Shown here: positions 31,198 to 40,074 of the stretch, in pieces
How positions within the stretch are numbered: the first letter of the stretch is position 1
Layout: the number at the start of each line of letters is the position of its first letter
Assembly (NCBI GenBank): GCA_021810145.1
Contig: JAJZJL010000004.1
Location: forward strand, 3,849-67,848
Reading direction: 5' to 3'
From: Planctomycetota bacterium
GTDB lineage: Bacteria; Planctomycetota; Phycisphaerae; WQYP01
Length of the DNA stretch: 64,000 bases
The notes under the pieces: model-generated
The model's database searches: none
What the model saw: the letters and a program-made list of their open reading frames with translations, nothing else
Told to the model about the DNA's origin: nothing
Position numbers and translations under genes: made by a program

Positions 31198-32640
31198 TTA
31201 CCGGCTAAGAATTTGATTCAGGACATCTGCGGATGAATAGGATCTTTGCCCCGGCTGCAGATATTGCTTGATATTCACGACATCATCACCGGCGGTAACA
31301 ATAGCGGTTTCGGGTGTACCCTGGGCATCAATCTGGCCGAGTCCGATGGTTGCAAACAGCGCATTGCAGAGACATTTTCGACCAATTGTGTCTTCTTCAC
31401 GACCACCTTTCGCCACATAATCGGCAACGGGTTCAGCGGCGCAGCGATATCCGGGGGTTCCATCGGGGCGTTTATAAATTTTCCGCAGATAGCCAAGATC
31501 GCATTTGCGTTCCCGCTGCAGATATTTTCCCGGATCGGACATGGTTTCCGGCAGCGCCACGACTTTAAACGGAAAGCCGGTGGGCGAGGCCTGTGGATCG
31601 GTAAATACCGTCGCTTGTCCAGACGCAACGGTCGCAAGCACCTGTTGTTTCAAGTCGTCACGGATTCCGGATTCCCGGCAAAAAGCAAAGGCGGTGCCGA
31701 CTTGGATTCCAGCTGCGCCCTGCCCAAGTGCCCAATCCAGTTGTGCCGACGTGGCAAAGCCACCCGCGAGGTAGAACGGCAGGCCAATCTCCGCAATTTT
31801 TACCAGATCAGCGGCATCACGCGGCCCGTAGACCGGTTCGCCGTTGGCACTGAGTTGCATCGGACCGCGCGGCGGTGCATTGTGTCCGCCGGCGGCAGAG
31901 GTTTCAACAATAAAACCGTCAATGCGGCCATTGGACTTCCGAGCCAGAGTCAACGCGAGAGTTGCGGAGGAGACAATCGCAAAAAAACTGGGACGCTTTA
32001 ACAGCGGCGCTGCGGCTTGAACCGGATCGCCGTTGCGTGCGATAAAATCGGCGGGATTAAACTGGCATACAAAGCTTTCGCCGGATTCGGAACCTTCAAC
32101 ATCGACTTTCAGGCTCGCGGACTCCCCGCGTGCCAGGGCATCAAGCACTCCAGGAATAAACCGTGGAATGCCGGCCCCCATGAGCACATAGTCCACACCC
32201 GCGAGCATTGCACCAAAAAGCGTGGGAATCGTCGGCGGCTGTACCTTTTCAAGCAGATTTATTCCGATCGGACCCGAATGGCCGTCTTTGGCGAGAAAAA
32301 CCTCGGCAAAGGCCGCCAGAACCGTTAATTCTTCCAATGCGCGGCTGAAACGGATCATCGGCATGGGGGTTAACTTAAAGGGCGTTTTGGTTTTGACACC
32401 GCCGGGAACAAAATAGCGATTCCATACGCGCTGTGCGATATTTTGATATGGGAACGCATCGAAGGCTCGCCGGAAGTGACCGTCCACGTCACCGGACTGT
32501 AATCGCCGCGCCAGTACGGCAGCGATTCCAGTTCCGGAAATGACCCCAAGCTGACCTTGTCGGGCTACAGATTGTGCAAGAACCCAGTTTGATACTCCAA
32601 CGCCCATTCCGCCTTGAATAATTTTGAACGGTGATTCCAT
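31198..32640 (-). CDS. Nitronate monooxygenase / NAD(P)H-dependent flavin oxidoreductase (NMO, 2-nitropropane dioxygenase family)
   Basis: N-terminus MESPFKIIQGGMGVGVSNWVLAQSVARQGQLGVISG is the hallmark FMN-binding start of the NMO family. Start codon shares a nucleotide with the stop of the upstream radical SAM gene. Confidence 0.65.
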   Translation of the reverse strand: MESPFKIIQGGMGVGVSNWVLAQSVARQGQLGVISGTGIAAVLARRLQSGDVDGHFRRAFDAFPYQNIAQRVWNRYFVPGGVKTKTPFKLTPMPMIRFSRALEELTVLAAFAEVFLAKDGHSGPIGINLLEKVQPPTIPTLFGAMLAGVDYVLMGAGIPRFIPGVLDALARGESASLKVDVEGSESGESFVCQFNPADFIARNGDPVQAAAPLLKRPSFFAIVSSATLALTLARKSNGRIDGFIVETSAAGGHNAPPRGPMQLSANGEPVYGPRDAADLVKIAEIGLPFYLAGGFATSAQLDWALGQGAAGIQVGTAFAFCRESGIRDDLKQQVLATVASGQATVFTDPQASPTGFPFKVVALPETMSDPGKYLQRERKCDLGYLRKIYKRPDGTPGYRCAAEPVADYVAKGGREEDTIGRKCLCNALFATIGLGQIDAQGTPETAIVTAGDDVVNIKQYLQPGQRSYSSADVLNQILSR

Positions 32641-33824
32641 TAAGTGGCAGCTCCACTGGTGATTCCGATTTCCGCGTCGTCGAGATAACAAGCCGGATCA
32701 AAGCCCAGCCAGTCTCCGGTGGCCGCTTCCGCGCGGGTGCGGAGATTTCCGTTGCAGACAGAAAGGAATCGGCATGACTGGCAGCGGGACGGAAGATGTT
32801 CCTTGCGATTGCGCAGAATGGCCAGTCGCGGATCGGTTGCATCGGTCCAGATTTTACTGAAGGGCTGTTCGCGGACATTGCCGCAGTTGTAATGCCATGT
32901 AAACTGGTCGTAATGAACGTTCCCCATGGGATCAACCGATGCAATATTGCACCCGGAGCGGTTGCCCCCGGTGCCTTCCAGCCGCTTGCGGACTTTCTCA
33001 TACAACTGCGGATCCGTTTTTTCCAACTGCAGCAGCAGATACGCGGCGTCCGCGTGGTTATCCACCGTCAATACTTCCAATTCGGTGCCCTGCCGGTGCA
33101 GTTCCTGGCTTTTCTCAAAAATGCGATCCACGACTTTGCGGATTTGCCCGGGAGATAGATCAACTTTTTGCATATTGTCAGCGCGCCCGGCATACGCCAG
33201 ATGGTATACGCAAAGCCGTTGAACATTACTGGCTACACAGATATCAAATATGGCATCAAGGTCGTCAACATTCAGACCATGAACCGTGAAACGCACACCG
33301 ACTTTAATGCCACGTTTGCGGCAACGCTCAATGGCCGCCAGCGTGCTTCGGAACGCTCCCGTTTTGCCGCGGAGTTTATCATGCCTGCTTTCAATGCCGT
33401 CGATGCTGATGCCGGCGTATTTTAATCCGGACTCGGCGAGGTTGTCCGCCATTTTGTCGTCAATCAGCAGGCCATTGGTTGATAGCGTGCAGGCCAGGCC
33501 CAGTGACCGGGCATGGCGAATCAATGGAAGAATGTCCGGGCGGCTCAACGGCTCACCGCCGCTGAAAAGTACCGCTGGAACTTTAAATGCGGCCAGATCG
33601 TCAAGCAAAGCAATGCCTTCGTCATGAGTAAGCTCATTGGGGGCCGGAGCATTGGTGGCGGAGGCGTAGCAGTGCACACAATGGAGATTGCACGATTTCG
33701 TCACCGCCCAGACCACCACCGGACGGGGAGTGGATTCCGCTTCGCCGTGCGCATTGCGGTGACCATAACGGAGACGTTCATTTCCAGCCTGATGATCACA
33801 CAGTAAATTCGTTACGCTGAACAT
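32640..33824 (-). CDS. Radical SAM/SPASM domain protein (NirJ/AhbC/AhbD/PqqE-like)
   Basis: CNLHCVHC (CxxxCxxC). C-terminal Cys-rich SPASM-like region GCNIASVDPMGNVHYDQFTWHYNCGN...RCQSCRFLSVCNGNL. Confidence 0.7.
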   Translation of the reverse strand: MFSVTNLLCDHQAGNERLRYGHRNAHGEAESTPRPVVVWAVTKSCNLHCVHCYASATNAPAPNELTHDEGIALLDDLAAFKVPAVLFSGGEPLSRPDILPLIRHARSLGLACTLSTNGLLIDDKMADNLAESGLKYAGISIDGIESRHDKLRGKTGAFRSTLAAIERCRKRGIKVGVRFTVHGLNVDDLDAIFDICVASNVQRLCVYHLAYAGRADNMQKVDLSPGQIRKVVDRIFEKSQELHRQGTELEVLTVDNHADAAYLLLQLEKTDPQLYEKVRKRLEGTGGNRSGCNIASVDPMGNVHYDQFTWHYNCGNVREQPFSKIWTDATDPRLAILRNRKEHLPSRCQSCRFLSVCNGNLRTRAEAATGDWLGFDPACYLDDAEIGITSGAAT

Positions 33825-34966
33825 AATGGTAGACTCCTGTTTGAGATTTCCTGCTGATAGTAACTTGCCCCATACGCACAATCAGGCTCCGCGGCCAGCG
33901 GATCGCCGGTAAGACCGTACGAGCGTGCCCGACTTCCACCGCAGATGTCCCGATACCGGCAGGCTCCACACTTGCCCTTAAGTTTGTCGGGATCCCGCAA
34001 AGCGACAAACAGCGGTGCGAATTGATAGGTATGAACAACCGAATCCCTTGGAAATCTTCCGCATTCCACCGGCAGAAAGCCGCTGGGAAATATTTCACCG
34101 ACGTGGCTGATGAACATCACGCCGCGGCCGTCATTGGTGCCCACGATATTGGGAATCACCGGCCGGGGCGAAGCGCTGCCGGCGTCTTGTTTCATTTTTT
34201 CAATAACAAATCGGCGATAGTGGGGGGCTTCGGTGGTTTTGATGGCATATTTCTGGCGGCGGCTCTGCTGAAAAAGCTTTTCAAAGGCGGTTTCAAATTC
34301 ATCCGCCGTAATGCGTTGATCCGCCAATGCCCGGCCGGTGGGGACCAGAAAAAAGACCGACCAGAGCACAATGGGAAATGCCGCCAGCACTTCCGCGATG
34401 GCGTCGATCTGATGAAAGTTGTGTCTGGCGATCGTGGTGTTGACCTGCAACGGCAGATCGCACGCTGCGGCATCGGCAATGATTTCAAGCGTCCGCTGAA
34501 AACTACCGGGAACCCGCCGGAACCCATCATGGGTGGGGGCATCAGCCGCATCGAGGCTTACGGCCAGGCGGTGCAGGCCGGCTTTTTTCAGTCGATGGAT
34601 GGCATTGGTGGTCACGAGCTTTGTGGCCGACGGGGTCATGGCGGTTTTCAGACCCGAGGTCACGGCATGATGCACAATCTGAAATATATCGTGCCGCTTG
34701 ATCGGATCGCCGCCGGTGAGCACCAGCAGCGGTGGCTTGGGAAATTCGGCCAGATTGTTAATCAGCGCCAAAGACGCCGCGGAGTCCAGTTCATGGGGGT
34801 CTCTGTGCGGCTGGGCTTCGGCGCGGCAGTGGCGGCACAGCAGATTGCAGGCGCGGGTAACTTCATAGAATGTCACCAGCGGTGAATGCGGGAAGTCCTG
34901 GGCGGTATAATCCGGACGGGCGGTTGAGGCTCCGGCCCGCATCTGGATTGTGTCTTTACTGACCAT
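33812..34966 (-). CDS. Radical SAM/SPASM domain protein (second, paralogous class)
   Basis: CNLLCRHC radical SAM triad. C-terminal GKCGACRYRDICGGSRARSY...EPDCAY auxiliary-cluster cysteines. aaggag RBS. Confidence 0.7.
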   Translation of the reverse strand: MVSKDTIQMRAGASTARPDYTAQDFPHSPLVTFYEVTRACNLLCRHCRAEAQPHRDPHELDSAASLALINNLAEFPKPPLLVLTGGDPIKRHDIFQIVHHAVTSGLKTAMTPSATKLVTTNAIHRLKKAGLHRLAVSLDAADAPTHDGFRRVPGSFQRTLEIIADAAACDLPLQVNTTIARHNFHQIDAIAEVLAAFPIVLWSVFFLVPTGRALADQRITADEFETAFEKLFQQSRRQKYAIKTTEAPHYRRFVIEKMKQDAGSASPRPVIPNIVGTNDGRGVMFISHVGEIFPSGFLPVECGRFPRDSVVHTYQFAPLFVALRDPDKLKGKCGACRYRDICGGSRARSYGLTGDPLAAEPDCAYGASYYQQEISNRSLPLCSA

Positions 34967-34984
34967 AATGCAAGCTCCTTAATC

Positions 34985-35023
34985 TTGACGAATATCAATG
35001 TTTTATTACAATATTGATATTCG
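34985..35023. promoter_or_regulatory. Putative operator overlapping a sigma70-like promoter (TTGACG-N16-TACAAT) between the divergent rSAM operon and the PNPOx-like gene
   Basis: Perfect 11-bp inverted repeat cgaatatcaat-N13-attgatattcg at 34989..35023. -35/-10 hexamers at 34985 and 35007. Confidence 0.45.
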
Positions 35024-35056
35024 CATCCAGTTATTGTATTTTAACCGGAGTTACAC

Positions 35057-35548
35057 ATGATTACCATGACCGAAACGGAAATCTTCAATCTCCTGGACCG
35101 CAGCCTCATTGGCCGCCTGGCCATGGCTGATCTGCAGGGGCGTCCCTACGCCATTCCGCTTCCCTTCTGTCGCATCGACAATATCATTTATCTCCGTGTG
35201 CCGATGACCGGACGCAAGGCCGACATTCTCGCTGTTAACAATCAGGTCTGTTTCGAGATTGATGTATTCACTGACCAGCTCGACGATTACGCGTCCATCC
35301 TGGTGGAGGGGCGGCTGGTCGGTGTTGATGATCTTATGGAAAAAGCGCGTGTCCGGATGATCAACGACGCCAAGTATAACGCCCTGCGCCATGCCTTCAG
35401 ACCCGGTCATGGTCGCCGCACGGCTCTGGAAGATCTGCCGACGCGCAAAATTATTCCCAGCAGTATCAGCGGTAGAAAAATGACTCCGCGTGAATTGTCG
35501 GTTCCTGCGGCGATCGGCACGCAGAGTGCGGAATCTGTGAAAGAATGA
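35057..35548 (+). CDS. Pyridoxamine 5'-phosphate oxidase-like FMN-binding split-barrel protein
   Basis: 163 aa. RSLIGRLAMADLQGRPYAIPLPF...QVCFEIDVF pattern typical of the PNPOx/NimA family. Confidence 0.55.
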   Translation: MITMTETEIFNLLDRSLIGRLAMADLQGRPYAIPLPFCRIDNIIYLRVPMTGRKADILAVNNQVCFEIDVFTDQLDDYASILVEGRLVGVDDLMEKARVRMINDAKYNALRHAFRPGHGRRTALEDLPTRKIIPSSISGRKMTPRELSVPAAIGTQSAESVKE

Positions 35549-35710
35549 ACGCAGCGTGGCAGCCATTTTAGCAGTCCTTTCTAATGCCCTCGCGTAACGG
35601 ACCATCTTGAAATACGTCCGTTACCGGTAAATGCCCTCCCAACGGCTGGCCGCCGAAGACGGGTCTTCGGCAGCCAGGCCGCATCGTTGGGAAGAGAGAG
35701 AGCAAGTCCA

Positions 35711-36055
35711 TCAGTGGGCGCTGGCACTTTGTAAAAACGCCAACACCTTTTTGGCCTGTGTGCCGGTAAGGCCGGCGCGTAGCCGCATGTATTGCACAAT
35801 AATGCCCCATTGTGCGGGCGTATATTGCGACGGAGAACGCAATTGATGACATCGCATGCAGTTTTCCGCCCATATCTGAGCGCCGGACTCGTTGGCCGCG
35901 GGGTCTTTAATCGTCAGTGGCCACACGGCCGGTTTTGCGGCGGCGGACGACGATTTGGTTGATTTGTTGCTGGCGCAGCCCGCCATTACAACCAATCCCA
36001 TTGCCGCGGCGGTTATGGTTATGGACCTGGTGATTTTATATTTCATCAAATTCAT
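35711..36055 (-). CDS. Small lipoprotein c-type cytochrome
   Basis: Lipobox MAGC. Single CMRCH heme-binding motif. gaggag RBS. Confidence 0.55.
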   Translation of the reverse strand: MNLMKYKITRSITITAAAMGLVVMAGCASNKSTKSSSAAAKPAVWPLTIKDPAANESGAQIWAENCMRCHQLRSPSQYTPAQWGIIVQYMRLRAGLTGTQAKKVLAFLQSASAH

Positions 36056-36090
36056 TGAATAACTCCTCAAGTAAGATGCCAAAAGGTAAT

Positions 36091-37443
36091 TTAGATACCA
36101 ACAGCAAATTGAACATACATCGCATCGTTGCCGTGCAATCCATTCGAGAGATTGTCAAATTCATACTCGAATTTCAGTACGGCATTGGAGTGCAGCCAGT
36201 AATCCAGACCGATGCTGTAGCGCTGCTCATGTGACGCACCATTGGAGAAATTCGCCGCTGCGGGGCCGTCAATGCGATCATATCGGAAAGCGGCCATCAT
36301 CTTATCGAGGTATTTTATACCGCAGAGACTGGGCTGATATGCGACTTCCAACTGGCCGCCGTTGGACATGCCGCCGAGTGAAAATGCGCCGGTGGAATCA
36401 ATGCCCTGGCCGACCTGATCCCATGTCCATCCGCCGCGGAAGCGGAACAATCCGTCAATTTTCTTATTAACGTAATACGTATTAATATCGACGGCATTGA
36501 TCAGAGAATTGGTGGTGGTGATTGAACCATCGGCACTGGGCCTGGACCATTCAAATGAATAACCAAGTTCAATATTCGGAATGGGAAGATAGCTGAATCG
36601 GCCGCCAACGGTTTTGCCGTTCTGGGCCGCGGGGTTCCAATTGCCGAATCCCAGATTGTTGTAACTGGCACCATTGATATCATGAGTCGTGGCCAGGACC
36701 GGGCCATTACTGACAAACAGGAAATAGGTCAGGTAGCCCATATTGTCCGGTGCGGGCAGCCCGCCGCGGGTCCATACGCCCAGTTCGTTGGGCGGCAATA
36801 GAGCGCCTTCCAGCGATCCATCGACCAGCCAGCGATTCCACGGGGCTGGATTGTATTGTCCGACAATTCCACCAATGGGGCTGGTAACCAGACCGCCACC
36901 AAGGGTGACGTAATTATTGAGTTCATAGTTGATATTTGCCGCTCCGATGTCCGCGGCACTGCCACCGGCCGCGCCGGCGCTGGTGTAGAAATCGAATGCG
37001 GTGTTAATGAAAATATTCTTATCCACACGCACTTGAATCATGGGGCTGGAATCGGCATAAAAGGTGGACGCCGAACCATCGACATGCTGGAACTGGAAAT
37101 TCACATCCCCCGCGATGAGCACCTGAATATTGCCGGGTTCGAGATTCGAGATTTTTTGGCTGTCTTTCATGACCCGCCGGTACAGCCGTTTGACTTCCCG
37201 ATCAATGGCGGCGGTATCAGTGGTGGCGGCCTTGGCCTGACTGGCCTTAAGAGCCGCCTGCTGCTTCTGCATCGCCGACATCTGTTTGGCCATAGTGGCC
37301 ATCTGCTCCTGAAGTTGCTGGTATTTGTGTTCCAGCTTCTGGTAGTCGGCTCCGCCGCCCGCCGGATCAGCCCAAGCTGCCGCCGCCGGCATGATCGCCA
37401 GCGCTGCCGCCATACTGATAAGAACCCTGCGCTTTTGTGTCAT
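36091..37443 (-). CDS. Putative outer-membrane beta-barrel porin with N-terminal coiled coil
   Basis: Signal peptide. Gln/Ala/Lys-rich coiled-coil segment, then alternating amphipathic strands rich in Gly/Tyr/Asn. No specific family recognised. Confidence 0.4.
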   Translation of the reverse strand: MTQKRRVLISMAAALAIMPAAAAWADPAGGGADYQKLEHKYQQLQEQMATMAKQMSAMQKQQAALKASQAKAATTDTAAIDREVKRLYRRVMKDSQKISNLEPGNIQVLIAGDVNFQFQHVDGSASTFYADSSPMIQVRVDKNIFINTAFDFYTSAGAAGGSAADIGAANINYELNNYVTLGGGLVTSPIGGIVGQYNPAPWNRWLVDGSLEGALLPPNELGVWTRGGLPAPDNMGYLTYFLFVSNGPVLATTHDINGASYNNLGFGNWNPAAQNGKTVGGRFSYLPIPNIELGYSFEWSRPSADGSITTTNSLINAVDINTYYVNKKIDGLFRFRGGWTWDQVGQGIDSTGAFSLGGMSNGGQLEVAYQPSLCGIKYLDKMMAAFRYDRIDGPAAANFSNGASHEQRYSIGLDYWLHSNAVLKFEYEFDNLSNGLHGNDAMYVQFAVGI

Positions 37444-37609
37444 GGCACAATCCTTTCCTTAAACGCACACCCAAACTCGGCTCGGCACACGCGTGCCGAA
37501 ACACCGTAAAGAAATTGATTCCAGGCCCTTCGGCCGTCCCTTGTATCATCTGCCCGCTGTATTTTTTTAATACTTGCCGTGCTTCTTGTCAATTAAATTT
37601 CACTTGGCC

Positions 37610-38050
37610 TTAGTTTTTATCAAATTGCTTTTTCAGATAATCAATTACTTCCCAGCGTTGTTTGCGGCTTAAGGCGTCGCGAAAGCTGGGCATTGGACTG
37701 TGCCCATGCGTGATTTTCCAGAAGATCGCCCCTTCTCCCTGCGACCAGAAGGATGCGGTGGTCAGATTCGCCGGGTGCGGGCTTAAAAACGCTCCTGTCG
37801 GTCCATCGCCCGTTCCGTTGGATCCATGGCAGGCTTCGCAGTTGGCCGCAAACAGACTGCTGCCAGCATGGATGGAAGCGGCGGTAATGGGGACCGGGTT
37901 GGCTTTGGAGGCAGCCGAGGCCGGTGCGCGCCACGAATCCACACGGTCAAGTTGCTTCCGGATTGAATTCACATTCAAGCCCGCCGCCAGTGACACACCG
38001 ACTATGCTGGTTAAACCGCCAACTGCTAACATCATACGTATCCGATTCAT
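37610..38050 (-). CDS. Class I c-type cytochrome (paralog 1)
   Basis: Signal peptide. CEACHG heme motif. Shares GDGPTGAFL.PHPAN...FWKITHGHSPMPSFRD.LSRKQRW with the ORF at 38493. Confidence 0.65.
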   Translation of the reverse strand: MNRIRMMLAVGGLTSIVGVSLAAGLNVNSIRKQLDRVDSWRAPASAASKANPVPITAASIHAGSSLFAANCEACHGSNGTGDGPTGAFLSPHPANLTTASFWSQGEGAIFWKITHGHSPMPSFRDALSRKQRWEVIDYLKKQFDKN

Positions 38051-38492
38051 CGCAACTGTGTCCTTTCTTACTAATCGTTTTCCGCGGCATTTGTATCGAG
38101 CATTCGGGAGATGATCGTGAAACATTTCACAAGTCGCAACATCTTGCCACGAACGCTTCCGCGTTATTTATGTGCGTATCATCGTAAAACTCGGAAATAA
38201 AAAAAATCGGGACTTATCCGCGACGGCATGTAAGGAATTATTCTCAACCGCTTGTAGGGATTTATCCAAGGGGGTATAAGATTTTCACCTATGAACGTGC
38301 ATAATCATATTGATTTTACTGATGAAAAATTGGTTGATCGTTGCGGTCGCAACGGCCGGGCATGAGAAAAAGTGAATTGTCGATACCTTGAACGATGTTG
38401 TGCCAGTCGCGATAGTATGACCATTGTAAACGATCCAACGCATGAAGCGTTGGCAGATGGTATGATGGTAAGAGAAACTGGAGACTCAATCG

Positions 38493-38927
38493 ATGCTGTT
38501 AAATGTATCAAAAGCTGTGGTGGTTGTTATCGGTGCCGCTCTTTTGGCCGGTAGCGGGAAGACGGTGATTCCCACGGCTGGTACACCGGTGGAGTTATCG
38601 AGTTGGAACGCTCCGCATTCGGCATGGAAGAAGAAAAATCCCATTCCCATGTCGGCCGCTTCGATTCAAGCCGGGCAGGCAATCTTTTCACAGAATTGTG
38701 AAGCGTGCCATGGGGCCGACGGCAAAGGGGATGGGCCTACCGGAGCGTTTCTCAACCCGCATCCGGCGAATTTCACCAAGGCATCATTCTGGGCGCAGAC
38801 GGATGGAGCAATATTCTGGAAAATTACCCATGGGCACAGTCCAATGCCGAGTTTTCGTGATTCATTGAGCCGTAAACAGCGTTGGAACGTCATCAACTAC
38901 ATGCGGCATGCATTTGATAAAAAATAA
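38493..38927 (+). CDS. Class I c-type cytochrome (paralog 2)
   Basis: Signal peptide. CEACHG motif. About 80% nucleotide identity to paralog 1 over the C-terminal half. Oriented divergently from it. Confidence 0.65.
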   Translation: MLLNVSKAVVVVIGAALLAGSGKTVIPTAGTPVELSSWNAPHSAWKKKNPIPMSAASIQAGQAIFSQNCEACHGADGKGDGPTGAFLNPHPANFTKASFWAQTDGAIFWKITHGHSPMPSFRDSLSRKQRWNVINYMRHAFDKK

Positions 38928-39061
38928 ACAATGCGGGACAGCAAAAGCAAAAGGCCGGCGGATAGATCTATCCGCCGGCCTTTTTTGTTTGGCAGCCAAA
39001 ATGATACCTTCGTCCCTGATTGTTATAAGCTCCGCAGCTTTCTCCACGGATAGAGCCGCGA

Positions 39062-39523
39062 TTATTTTTTCCGCTTTTTGCAGAAGATCAATGCGTCGAT
39101 CGAAAGCATTCCCGGCCCGCTGATGAGAATCAGTCCGGAAATGGCAATCAACGCCAGTTGGAAATCAATCGATCCGAATCCACCGGCGTGGGAAACACAG
39201 ATAATTCCGATCAAGTTAAGGATCAGAAATATACTTACCACGCGGGACAGGAGTCCGACGATAATCAATATCCCGCCGAAAAATTGAGTAATTCCGGCGG
39301 CGTACGCCCAGACATCCGTGGGGAGAACCGGCAGGTGGTCCGAGGAGAGCATCTGTATAAACGCGTGCATGCCCTGTCCGCCGAATATCCCAAATAAAAA
39401 TTGACCGCTGTAATAAATGAAGATAATGCCCATCATTATCCGTACCAGCAGGGTACCAAGTCCCGTCGCCAGTGTGGAACTTGCGCATGTGCCGCCCGTT
39501 GTATTTTCAGTATTCGCTGTCAT
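39062..39523 (-). CDS. DoxX family membrane protein
   Basis: Four hydrophobic helices with a DoxX-like pattern (GLGTLLVRIMMGIIFIYYSG..., ...ILIIVGLLSRV...). aggag RBS. Confidence 0.65.
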   Translation of the reverse strand: MTANTENTTGGTCASSTLATGLGTLLVRIMMGIIFIYYSGQFLFGIFGGQGMHAFIQMLSSDHLPVLPTDVWAYAAGITQFFGGILIIVGLLSRVVSIFLILNLIGIICVSHAGGFGSIDFQLALIAISGLILISGPGMLSIDALIFCKKRKK

Positions 39524-39875
39524 TGAAGAGAACTCCTGTAAAAAAAATACGATAATACGATTTCGTCGGCCCAAAGAGAATCAAATCGATTCCATCACTA
39601 TGTTCGACTCGTTGCCCCGGCCACGATTGATCCACACAGTCCTTACGAAATTATCTTCGGCAGCTGATTTATAGATTACCTGCCGGTGTCAAAGCGGTCA
39701 AGGATCGCTTATTTTCTGCTGTTGTACCGGAATATAAATCTCATTTTGAACCGAAGCGGATGCGGCCGATGAGTACTGGTGGAAGCGTGTGCGTCCAGAA
39801 CCGCCCGGAACGCCGGCCAACAGTGCCGAACCCGACGGCCAGATGTCACGATTTTGCACGCGCGCCCCATGTTAG

Positions 39876-39895
39876 CCGGTGGATTTATCCACCGG
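39876..39895. promoter_or_regulatory. Perfect 9-bp inverted repeat ccggtggat-tt-atccaccgg in the DoxX/Gfo intergenic region (candidate operator)
   Basis: Seen directly in the sequence. A 2-nt spacer makes an RNA hairpin unlikely, so a dimeric transcription-factor site is the more plausible reading. Confidence 0.35.
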
Positions 39896-40074
39896 TAATT
39901 CGGGCAATGCGGGGCGGGGGAATATATGGCGGCCGACACAGGTCGCAAGGCGATGCCGGCGGATAAGCTGGCATTTTCCACTTCGATACAACACATTATC
40001 CCTTAAAGACAGTCGCGTGATTTATAATTTGCGTTATAATTTTTCATTCGTTTATTTAAAGGAAGCATGGAACT

